Assembly: GCA_023230565.1 (NCBI GenBank)
Contig: JALNXD010000001.1
Span: 1,075 to 65,074, forward strand
DNA: 64,000 nt
Direction: 5' to 3'
From: Syntrophales bacterium
Lineage (GTDB): Bacteria; Desulfobacterota; Syntrophia; Syntrophales; UBA2210
Below, in pieces: positions 56,590-64,000 of this stretch (position 1 is its first letter; every line of letters begins with the position of its first letter). Below the pieces are notes generated by a model. That model saw only the letters and a list, made by a program, of their open reading frames with translations. It was not told the DNA's origin and did no database searches. The position numbers and the translations under genes were made by a program.

Positions 56590-57045
56590 TTACAGGCTAT
56601 AAATCTTTTTACCCGGCAAAATTACGAAACCATTTTCCTGCAGTGCGGCGATCGCCTCTTCCGTGCGGTCAAACCTGAATATAATAATGGCATTTTCCCC
56701 GCTTCTTTCAACGAAAGCGTAAGTATATTCTATATTAATACCTTTCCGGGAAAGAGTTTCAACGATACTGTGAAGTCCCCCTGGCCTATCAGGAATCTCG
56801 ACTGCTACCACGAATGAGCGACGAACAGTAAACCCTTCATCTTGAAGACTTTTTTCAGCCCGCTCCGTATCGTTGACGATAAGTCTCAAGATACCGAAAT
56901 CTGAAGTATCTGCAAGTGACAATGCACGGATATTGATATTAGCATTTTTAAGAACTCTCGTTACATACTCGAGCCCTCCCGGCTTATTTTCCAGAAATAT
57001 TGAAATTTGTTCTACTTTCATATCTTCCTCCCGGTCAATTTTCAA
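56590..57045 (-). CDS. ACT-domain protein (tandem ACT), partner of the aryl-CoA ligase
   Basis: Two ACT-like beta-alpha-beta-beta-alpha-beta units ([15 protein letters not shown]...; [12 protein letters not shown]...). The start overlaps the PaaK stop by 4 nt. Confidence 0.75.
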   Translation of the reverse strand: MKIDREEDMKVEQISIFLENKPGGLEYVTRVLKNANINIRALSLADTSDFGILRLIVNDTERAEKSLQDEGFTVRRSFVVAVEIPDRPGGLHSIVETLSRKGINIEYTYAFVERSGENAIIIFRFDRTEEAIAALQENGFVILPGKKIYSL

Positions 57046-58343
57046 ATCCGGCGCTTGTCAATTACACGCTGGGCCTTCCCTTCAAAACGCTCCAGAGTTT
57101 TTGCTTCCACTAGTTTGACCGCCGCTGTCACACCAAGATAATCTTTGATATCTTTTGTAATGCGCCTTTCAATTTGCTGAAGTCCCCTTACCTGGTCCGA
57201 AAATATCTTCTCACTGACTTCCACCCTTATTTCAAGGGTATCAAGAGTGCCCTCTCTTTCTACAATAAGCTGATAATGCGGTTCCAGTCCTTCTATCCCC
57301 AAAAGAACGCTTTCAATCTGCGATGGAAAGACATTGACCCCCCGGATGATCAGCATATCATCACTCCTTCCAGAAACTCTTGCCATCCTTGTAAGAGTTC
57401 TCCCGCACCGGCACGGTGTCCTTACAAGCTTCGACAAATCGCGTGTACGATACCTGATCAACGGGAAGGCCTCTTTCGTAAGTGTGGTAAATACCAATTC
57501 CCCTATTTCACCATTTTTTACCGGTGATCCGGTAGCTGGATTTATTGCCTCTACAATAAAATGATCTTCGAATACATGAAGGCCGCTTCTGCCTTCTTTG
57601 CATTCTATTGCAACACCGGGACCGATAATTTCCGACAGACCGTAAATATCCAGAGCTGTTATACCTAAACGCTCCTCTATTTCTTCCCTCATCTGCTCAC
57701 TCCAGGGTTCCGCACCCAGTATGCCTACTCTGAGCCTGAGTGATTTCATATCCACACCCATCTCTTCCCCTTGCTCTGCCAGATAAAGTGCATAAGAAGG
57801 AGTGCAGCATATAGCCGTAGGGCCAAAGTCCTGTAATATCAGGATCTGTTTTTTCGTACTTCCGCCTGACATTGGAATAACACTCGCACCAAGTCTCTCC
57901 GCTCCATAATGAGCACCCAGTCCTCCTGTAAACAGTCCATACCCGTAAGCATTATGAATGATGTCGTTCCTGGTGAGACCTGAAGCGACAAAAGATCGAG
58001 CCATTAAAACCGACCACGTATCAATATCTCTTTTCGTATATCCGACAACGGTGGGTTTTCCTGTTGTGCCCGATGATGCATGAAGCCTTATAACATTTCC
58101 CATTGGAACAGCGAAAAGCCCGAAAGGGTAATTATCCTGCAGGTCCTTCTTTGTTGTGAATGGAAGACGCCTGATATCATCGAGTGTCTTTATATCATCC
58201 GGCGTAACGCCGGCTTCGTCAAAGGCATTCCGGTAAAACCCTACTGTATGATACACCCGTTCAGCGACCTGCTGAAGTCTCTTCAATTGAAGTGCTTCCA
58301 GTGCCTCCCGCGGTAATGTTTCAAACTCCTCATCAAAAATCAT
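57042..58343 (-). CDS. paaK: Phenylacetate-CoA ligase family (PaaK-type aryl/arylalkyl-CoA ligase)
   Basis: [21 protein letters not shown] (AMP-binding P-loop), [11 protein letters not shown], and C-terminal [11 protein letters not shown]. 433 aa. Confidence 0.85.
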   Translation of the reverse strand: MIFDEEFETLPREALEALQLKRLQQVAERVYHTVGFYRNAFDEAGVTPDDIKTLDDIRRLPFTTKKDLQDNYPFGLFAVPMGNVIRLHASSGTTGKPTVVGYTKRDIDTWSVLMARSFVASGLTRNDIIHNAYGYGLFTGGLGAHYGAERLGASVIPMSGGSTKKQILILQDFGPTAICCTPSYALYLAEQGEEMGVDMKSLRLRVGILGAEPWSEQMREEIEERLGITALDIYGLSEIIGPGVAIECKEGRSGLHVFEDHFIVEAINPATGSPVKNGEIGELVFTTLTKEAFPLIRYRTRDLSKLVRTPCRCGRTLTRMARVSGRSDDMLIIRGVNVFPSQIESVLLGIEGLEPHYQLIVEREGTLDTLEIRVEVSEKIFSDQVRGLQQIERRITKDIKDYLGVTAAVKLVEAKTLERFEGKAQRVIDKRRI

Positions 58344-58411
58344 TCCATGATCTCCTTTTTATTTATCATATCACTTTATCTGCAACCGGTGTATATCAGA
58401 CCGGTTTTACA

Positions 58412-60220
58412 CTATTGGCCGTAAAGAGCTTCAATTTCATTTCCATATTTCTCCAGCACTATTCTTCTTTTCAGTTTCATCGTCTGAGTCAGGGTTCCGT
58501 TTTCAAGTGAAAATCCTTCTTTGAGATAGAGAAACTTTTTTGGAATTTCGTAGTGTCCGTACTTCCCTTCGAGACTTTTCGTAACTGCATCGCCGATTAT
58601 CTCCTGAATCTCTTCATTTGCAATCATTTCGGCCTGGCTGCCGGGAAGCCCTCTTTCCCGGGCATACTTCTCAAGGACTGTAAAATCAGGGACTATCAAG
58701 GCAACCGTATACGCTCGGCCTTCTCCAAAAATCATGGCCTGCTCCACAAACGGAACAAGTTTTATATCCTCTTCAAGAGAAGCCGGAAATACAAATTTAC
58801 CGTTCTCAAGCTTGAATTGTTCCTTGATACGTCCTGTAATATATAAAAATCCGTCATCATCAAGCCGTCCCCGGTCGCCTGTCCGAAATCCTCCATCGGG
58901 GGTCATCACTTTTTCAGTCTCCTCAAGTTTATTATGATATCCTTTCATAACATTCGGGCCGTACACGATAATTTCACCGTCATCTTTTTCGGGATCTCCC
59001 AGGCTTTTATCTATCACCACCCGAACCTTGTCGATGGCCTTTCCCACGCTTCCCAGACGATTTTCCGAAGGGGAGTTGATGGTAACCGCCGGAGATGTTT
59101 CAGTCAAGCCATAGCAGTCATATGTAGGGATTCCTATGTCACAGAAAAAATGTGCAATTTCGATATTCATCACGGCACTTGCCGTCAAGGCACCTTTTAA
59201 ACGGCCTCCAAAGCGCTTGCGTATTTTAGAAAAAACCAACGTATCGGCAATAGCGAATTTCGCGTTTACCAATGCATTTGATTTACCATTCGCCGCAAGC
59301 TCTCTTCTTTTTTTTGCACTTTCGACTCCCATGACAAATAATTTTTTTGCCAATCCGCCTTCCTCATTCATCTTTGCCCATAATGCATCATATACACGAT
59401 TGAATATCCGGGGTACCGCAATGAGAAATGTCGGTTTTACCTTCCCGAGATCTTCTGCAATCGTATTGACATTCTCTGCCAGTCCCATGGAGGCTCCCAA
59501 ATGAATAAAAGAATAGAGGTCTGCTGTCTGACCGTATGAATGGGCCCAAGGCAGGATAGGAAGAGTACGGTCGTTTTCTCCGAATTCCGGATACAGTTTA
59601 GTCGCCGCAAGGGCATTACTGGTAAAATTGCCATGACTCAGAAGAACGCCTTTGGGTTCTCCCGTCGTTCCCGAAGTGTAGATCAAAACGGCAATATCCC
59701 CGGCATCCGGATGAATTGAGGGAACCGGATTCGCCTCTCCCACTTTTTCGAGATTCTCCATAGTTTCCCCGCCTTCGCCCTCAATGATGAATACACGCTC
59801 AAGCGTTGGTATTTCTTTTTCGAAGTTCCTGATTTTTTCGTAAATTTCAGGTTTTGAAACAAAAAGGATCTTAAGAGCGCTATCGGTTATTATATACTTC
59901 CAGATATGAATCAGCTCCGCTTCATACATGGGAACATAGCGTGCACCGAGACCGTAGGCGGCAAAGGCTATGACCGCCCATTCCTCTCTATTGTTTGCAA
60001 TAATGCCCACAGCATCTCCCGCGGCAATACCGAGTGATGCGAGCCCTCCTCGAAGATTATCCACTCTTCGGGCAACCTCAGCATATGTACTCCATCGGTA
60101 TTCTCCATCCGGCCCTTTTGTCCCGAAAAGAGGGTTACGGCTGTGACGGGAAACGCTTCCTTCAAACAAATCGACCAGATTATCCGGTTTATCAAGTTGG
60201 TACACAGGCTCCCTCCTCAA
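58412..60220 (-). CDS. Long-chain-type AMP-forming acyl-CoA ligase (FadD/FAA-like)
   Basis: YTSGTTGEPKGVLLSHGN, YGLTETS, TGDRGRLDDDGFLYITGR, and a C-terminal motif A10-like TQTMKLKRR. 602 aa. Confidence 0.85.
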   Translation of the reverse strand: MRREPVYQLDKPDNLVDLFEGSVSRHSRNPLFGTKGPDGEYRWSTYAEVARRVDNLRGGLASLGIAAGDAVGIIANNREEWAVIAFAAYGLGARYVPMYEAELIHIWKYIITDSALKILFVSKPEIYEKIRNFEKEIPTLERVFIIEGEGGETMENLEKVGEANPVPSIHPDAGDIAVLIYTSGTTGEPKGVLLSHGNFTSNALAATKLYPEFGENDRTLPILPWAHSYGQTADLYSFIHLGASMGLAENVNTIAEDLGKVKPTFLIAVPRIFNRVYDALWAKMNEEGGLAKKLFVMGVESAKKRRELAANGKSNALVNAKFAIADTLVFSKIRKRFGGRLKGALTASAVMNIEIAHFFCDIGIPTYDCYGLTETSPAVTINSPSENRLGSVGKAIDKVRVVIDKSLGDPEKDDGEIIVYGPNVMKGYHNKLEETEKVMTPDGGFRTGDRGRLDDDGFLYITGRIKEQFKLENGKFVFPASLEEDIKLVPFVEQAMIFGEGRAYTVALIVPDFTVLEKYARERGLPGSQAEMIANEEIQEIIGDAVTKSLEGKYGHYEIPKKFLYLKEGFSLENGTLTQTMKLKRRIVLEKYGNEIEALYGQ

Positions 60221-60389
60221 TCTGCATTTAGGATCAACATGTTTTTTTTGATATTCGTCTGTTCACACGATTATAATCACAATGACAACTCATGTGCATA
60301 CCATATTTCCATCGTTAAAGCCTCGTATCGAAGTACCAAACTATTCAGCAAAAAACAAGAAATAACACTTTGAAGATTGCAAATACATC

Positions 60390-60447
60390 TTGACAGAACG
60401 GACTGATTAACCTATTTTTTTAACTAATCAGTATAACTGATCGGTTA
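60390..60447 (+). promoter_or_regulatory. Putative sigma70 promoter plus palindromic TetR operator
   Basis: TTGACA (60390-60395), a 17-nt spacer, then TATTTT (60413-60418). It is followed by the palindrome ATCAGTATAACTGAT (60427-60441), extendable to TAACTAATCAGTATAACTGATCGGTTA (60421-60447, 10 of 12 arm positions). A further ACTGAT half-site lies at 60402-60407. Confidence 0.45.
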
Positions 60448-60455
60448 AAACTTTC

Positions 60456-61169
60456 ATGCAGAAAATACATTCTCACGTCAACAGAATCGATAAAAAAAGA
60501 AACGAAACTGACCAACGTATCCTTGAGGCCGCAAAGGAAGTATTTGCCGAATCTGGATTCTCCGGGGCAAGAGTCGACGAAATCGCTTCAAGGGCAAAAA
60601 TCAACAAAGCCACCATCTATTATCACATTGGTGATAAAAAAAAGCTTTACGAAGAGGTTCTGCACAGGGTGATCGGAAATATCGCAGAAAAAATCACCGT
60701 CATCCTTGATGAAAACGGAAGTCCTGAGGAAAAGTTACGTCTCTATATCCGCACTGTCTCTAAAACAATGGATAGTAACCCGGAAATGGCACCGATCATC
60801 ATGCGTGAAATAGCCTCAGGAGCAAATAATCTTCCCGAAGTCATTCCGGAAGATTTACTCAGGATAGTCGGTCTGCTCTCCAGAATCCTGCAAGAAGGGA
60901 AGGATGAGGGTATATTTACAGAAGTATCGCCTCTGGTCATACACTTGATGGTAATAGGCGTTCTCCTGTTTTATAAAGCCGGTGCCAAAATACACGATAC
61001 AAACGTTACACTCGCAGGCATTTTTAATATCGACGACTTCAAAAAGCCTGCAGAGATAATCCTTGAGATCGAGAGACTCATTCTCTCCGCGGTTACTGGA
61101 CGACCCGAAAGTTCTCCAGCACACAACACGCGTAATACCAGGAAAAAGGGAGCACTATGTGAAGAGTAG
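60456..61169 (+). CDS. TetR/AcrR family transcriptional regulator
   Basis: HTH FSGARVDEIASRAKINKATIYYHIGDKKKLY. Located divergent from the acyl-CoA ligase gene and upstream of the HlyD/ABC-2 genes. Confidence 0.85.
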   Translation: MQKIHSHVNRIDKKRNETDQRILEAAKEVFAESGFSGARVDEIASRAKINKATIYYHIGDKKKLYEEVLHRVIGNIAEKITVILDENGSPEEKLRLYIRTVSKTMDSNPEMAPIIMREIASGANNLPEVIPEDLLRIVGLLSRILQEGKDEGIFTEVSPLVIHLMVIGVLLFYKAGAKIHDTNVTLAGIFNIDDFKKPAEIILEIERLILSAVTGRPESSPAHNTRNTRKKGALCEE

Positions 61170-62325
61170 ATGGATAGGAATAATTCTTATTATTGCTTTG
61201 ATTTCTGCAGCACTTTTCGTCTATTCAGGTCAATGGCGGCGCAATCGGGATGCAGTATATTATTCGGGTATATTCGAGGCTACTCAGGCAGCGCTGTCCT
61301 TTCAGATTGCCGGTAAAGCACAATGCATACATGTCCGGGAAGGTCAAACCGTAACCGGGGGTCAGCTCCTTGCAGAACTGGACAGCCGTGAGTTTACAGC
61401 TCTCTATAATCAGGCCGCGGCAAATTTCGATCAGGCGCGTTCCCTGTATGATCAACGTGTAGCTGTTCTGGAATTATACAGCCTGACTCTGCCCGCTGAG
61501 GTAGAACGTGCCGAATCGGCGGCCAGATCGGCCTTATTTCATCTTGCAGAACTTGAAGCAGGAACCCGGGTCCAGAATATTGAACAGGCGCGGCAGGCTA
61601 TGTTGGCCGCTCGCTCCGTTATGGAAGATGCACAAAAAAATGCCGGCAGATACGAAGCACTATACCAAAAAGGAATTGTATCTGAAAAAGAAAGGGATTC
61701 TCTGGTACTCGGATACAAAACCTCATTACGGGAATATGAACGCAGCCGCAAGGCATATGATCTTGCAAAAGAGGGATCCCGCACCGAAACAATACAAGCT
61801 GCCCGTGCGAGGCTTGACGAGGCCCAGGCCGCTGTGAAAGAGTCGCAAAGCAATCTTAAAAGATTGGACGCTTTGCGGGAAGACGTGGAAGCCGGGAAGG
61901 CTCAAATTCGACTGGCTGAGGCTGCTCTTGAAAAGGCAAAAATCAATCTCGAGTATACTCAATTAAAGGCCCCCTTTAGTGGAAGAATCACCAGTCGCAG
62001 TCTTGAACCGGGCGAATATGCCGTGCCGGGACAGGAGATTCTGAGGTTGTCTGATTTATCGAGAATGGATCTTAAAATTTTTGTGGATGAAACCCGCATT
62101 GGCACAGTCAAGCCGGAACAAAAAGCGGAGGTCCGTGTGGACAGTTTTCCTGACAAAATTTTTTACGGCAGTGTTTCTTTTATTTCACAGGAAGCAGAAT
62201 TTACACCAAAATTTATCCAGACTCATAAAGAAAGGGTAAAACTCGTATATCTGGTGGAAATTTCGATACCGAATCCTGAATCTCTGCTTAAACCCGGAAT
62301 GCCGGCCGATGCCTGGCTGAAATGA
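61159..62325 (+). CDS. HlyD-family periplasmic adaptor (YbhG-like)
   Basis: N-terminal TM helix (WIGIILIIALISAALFVY), long coiled-coil, LKAPFSGRITSRS and FTPKFIQT motifs. Start set at the GTG at 61159, after the RBS AAAAAGGGAG. The track's upstream Met would overlap the TetR gene by more than 100 nt. Confidence 0.8.
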   Translation: MKSRWIGIILIIALISAALFVYSGQWRRNRDAVYYSGIFEATQAALSFQIAGKAQCIHVREGQTVTGGQLLAELDSREFTALYNQAAANFDQARSLYDQRVAVLELYSLTLPAEVERAESAARSALFHLAELEAGTRVQNIEQARQAMLAARSVMEDAQKNAGRYEALYQKGIVSEKERDSLVLGYKTSLREYERSRKAYDLAKEGSRTETIQAARARLDEAQAAVKESQSNLKRLDALREDVEAGKAQIRLAEAALEKAKINLEYTQLKAPFSGRITSRSLEPGEYAVPGQEILRLSDLSRMDLKIFVDETRIGTVKPEQKAEVRVDSFPDKIFYGSVSFISQEAEFTPKFIQTHKERVKLVYLVEISIPNPESLLKPGMPADAWLK

Positions 62326-62329
62326 AAAG

Positions 62330-63130
62330 ATGATTTTACACTCAAACAAAATCAAGAATTTTGAAAAAACCAATGGCGATACATTTATTGAAGTCGTAGA
62401 TCTTTCAATTCAATATGGAGGTGTCTGGGCGGCCAAAGATATCTGCCTGAGGATACACAAGGGTGAAATCTTCGGGATAGTAGGGTCGGACGGGGCGGGC
62501 AAATCAACACTGCTTCGTGCGATGGCAACATTAATACCTCCAACTACCGGGCATATCACAATAGAAAAATTTGATACATCAGCCGACAGGAAATTCGTCA
62601 AATCAATACTGGGCTACATGCCCCAGCGGTTTGCTCTTTATCCGGACCTTACAGTGCTGGAAAATATGGAATTTTTTATGGATGTCTTCCACATGGAGAA
62701 GCAAAAAAGAGGAATCATGAGAAACAAATTTCTTGCATTTACAAAGCTTGAGCCTTTCTCAGACAGAAGGGCAGGAGATCTTTCGGGTGGAATGAAGCAG
62801 AAACTGGGACTTGCCTGTGTTCTGTTGCATGAACCAAAAGTTCTCATTCTTGATGAACCCACTAACGGCGTGGATCCGCTATCGCGGATGGAATTCTGGC
62901 AGATGCTCACCCGAATGCGCAATGAAGACTGCATGACCATTGTAGTTGCCACAAGTTATCTTGATGAAGGGGAAAAATGCGATCGTCTGGCACTTATGCA
63001 TAATTCAGAGCTCATCGAAGTCGCCGCTCCTGTGATTCTTCGCAAAGGATTTGCCGATCTGGAAGAGGCAATTATCGATCGCCTCACGAAAACAGACAGG
63101 GAATTGGCATATGACACCTTCCGGCGATAA
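62330..63130 (+). CDS. ABC transporter ATP-binding protein (ABC-2 exporter type), first of two
   Basis: Walker A GSDGAGKST, signature LSGGMKQKL, Walker B LILDEPTNGVD. Confidence 0.85.
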   Translation: MILHSNKIKNFEKTNGDTFIEVVDLSIQYGGVWAAKDICLRIHKGEIFGIVGSDGAGKSTLLRAMATLIPPTTGHITIEKFDTSADRKFVKSILGYMPQRFALYPDLTVLENMEFFMDVFHMEKQKRGIMRNKFLAFTKLEPFSDRRAGDLSGGMKQKLGLACVLLHEPKVLILDEPTNGVDPLSRMEFWQMLTRMRNEDCMTIVVATSYLDEGEKCDRLALMHNSELIEVAAPVILRKGFADLEEAIIDRLTKTDRELAYDTFRR

Positions 63131-63854
63131 TGTTATTTATGCAGAGAATCTAACGAAAACATTCGGTGCCTTTACCGCTGTCGATCATATCAGTTTCTCT
63201 GTCAGTCGAGGAGAGATCTTCGGCTTTCTGGGATCGAACGGATCCGGAAAATCGACTACCATCCGCATGCTCTGCGGCATCCTTATGCCGACTTCCGGAT
63301 ATGGGTGTGTTGCAGGTCACGATATTGCCACTGAACCTGAATTGATAAAAAAATCAATTGGCTATATGTCCCAGAAATTCTCTTTATATGGAGAATTGAC
63401 ACCTTACGAAAACCTGCGCTTCTTTTTGGGGATTTACAAAGTTCCTGCCCGGCAATGGGAGGGCAGGATCCGTAAGGCTATTGAAATGACGCACCTCTCG
63501 GAAATAAAGAACCGCCTGACAAAGGATCTCTCTCAAGGATGGAAGCAGAGGCTGGCGCTGGCGTCTTCGCTTTTACATGAACCGGAGATACTTTTTCTGG
63601 ATGAACCGACATCTGGTGTCGATCCCGTTACCCGCCGTCATTTCTGGAATTTCATAGGTCATCTGTCACGAAACGGGATGACGGTTTTTGTTACAACACA
63701 TTATATGGATGAAGCAAGAAACTGCGATCGCCTGGTCATGCTCAACAAGGGAAAAACAGTAATCTCCGGATCCCCTTCGCAGATAATCGGCAGTACCTGT
63801 CCCGACAGGCCGAATGCCGATTTGAATGATGCATTTATCTCTATTATGTCATAA
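63111..63854 (+). CDS. ABC transporter ATP-binding protein (ABC-2 exporter type), second of two
   Basis: Walker A GSNGSGKST, signature LSQGWKQRL, Walker B LFLDEPTSGVD. Start set at the ATG at 63111 (MTPSGDNVIYAENL), overlapping the previous gene by 20 nt. Confidence 0.85.
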   Translation: MTPSGDNVIYAENLTKTFGAFTAVDHISFSVSRGEIFGFLGSNGSGKSTTIRMLCGILMPTSGYGCVAGHDIATEPELIKKSIGYMSQKFSLYGELTPYENLRFFLGIYKVPARQWEGRIRKAIEMTHLSEIKNRLTKDLSQGWKQRLALASSLLHEPEILFLDEPTSGVDPVTRRHFWNFIGHLSRNGMTVFVTTHYMDEARNCDRLVMLNKGKTVISGSPSQIIGSTCPDRPNADLNDAFISIMS

Positions 63855-63859
63855 GAATA

Positions 63860-64000
63860 ATGAAAACCAAAACCATCTCCGCAGTAGCGCGAAAAGAATA
63901 TTATCATCTGATAAGGGACTTCCGGAGTCTCTATCTTGCTTTTGCAATACCGGTCATACTCATACTTCTCTTCGGGTACGCCTTAAGTCTCGATGTGGAC
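63860..64000 (+). CDS. ABC-2 type transporter permease (YbhS/YbhR-like), N-terminal fragment cut by the window edge
   Basis: My own translation from the ATG at 63860: MKTKTISAVARKEYYHLIRDFRSLYLAFAIPVILILLFGYALSLDVD. This is the typical ABC-2 permease N-terminus. Not in the ORF track because no stop falls in the window. Confidence 0.6.
   Translation, partial: MKTKTISAVARKEYYHLIRDFRSLYLAFAIPVILILLFGYALSLDVD

Noticed and set aside
1-64000. CRISPR arrays, IS elements, integrases, prophage or toxin-antitoxin modules
   Set aside because: I found no regularly spaced direct repeats. No ORF has transposase, integrase, reverse-transcriptase or capsid-like motifs. The single tRNA (17461-17536) has no flanking integrase or direct repeat of its 3' end that I could see.
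1-64000. Selenocysteine or other stop-codon recoding in the redox proteins (thioredoxin-domain protein, DUF1847, FAD oxidoreductase)
   Set aside because: All of these are read as single uninterrupted ORFs of the expected length. I saw no pair of same-frame ORFs separated by a lone TGA. The only split gene is the Nudix frameshift, which is reported separately.

Overview
Gene-dense 64-kb chromosomal segment. It carries one tRNA and no rRNA, CRISPR array, transposase, integrase or phage genes that I can see. The gene content (class III anaerobic ribonucleotide reductase, PaaK-type aryl-CoA ligase with ACT partner, family III CoA-transferases, DUF1847, SatP, CstA) suggests a strictly anaerobic, Desulfobacterota/Syntrophia-like bacterium; this is inference only. 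Left to right the window holds: (1) rnd (partial), Na+/solute symporter, FAD oxidoreductase, USP, surE, an LpoA-like lipoprotein and a secreted HKD nuclease; (2) an SIS-grpE-dnaK heat-shock operon; (3) an HD-phosphohydrolase plus nrdD operon; (4) a mannosylglycerate-synthase-like glycosyltransferase, tRNA-Ala(CGC), a TPR protein, an SDR and cstA; (5) a TetR-controlled block with two RND pumps sharing one outer-membrane factor, ending in a translationally coupled stand-alone GMP-synthase-like PP-loop ATPase; (6) satP, a DUF255 thioredoxin-domain protein, DUF1847, an isochorismatase and an MtfA-like peptidase; (7) an 11-gene co-directional locus (40.2-54.1 kb) that I regard as the best candidate for an undescribed pathway, containing an HMGCS-DUF35 fusion, an SCP-x-type thiolase, a cytoplasmic multi-PAS kinase with a NarL-type regulator, and a Liv-type ABC importer with two family III CoA-transferases embedded; (8) a tightly coupled sirtuin-NRDE(TANGO2-like)-Nudix trio, with the Nudix gene interrupted at an A7 run; (9) ACT-PaaK and a long acyl-CoA ligase; (10) a TetR-HlyD-ABC-2 exporter resembling cecR-ybhGFSR, cut by the right edge. 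All calls rest on motif recognition in the supplied translations and on my own reading of the DNA. No database search was run.
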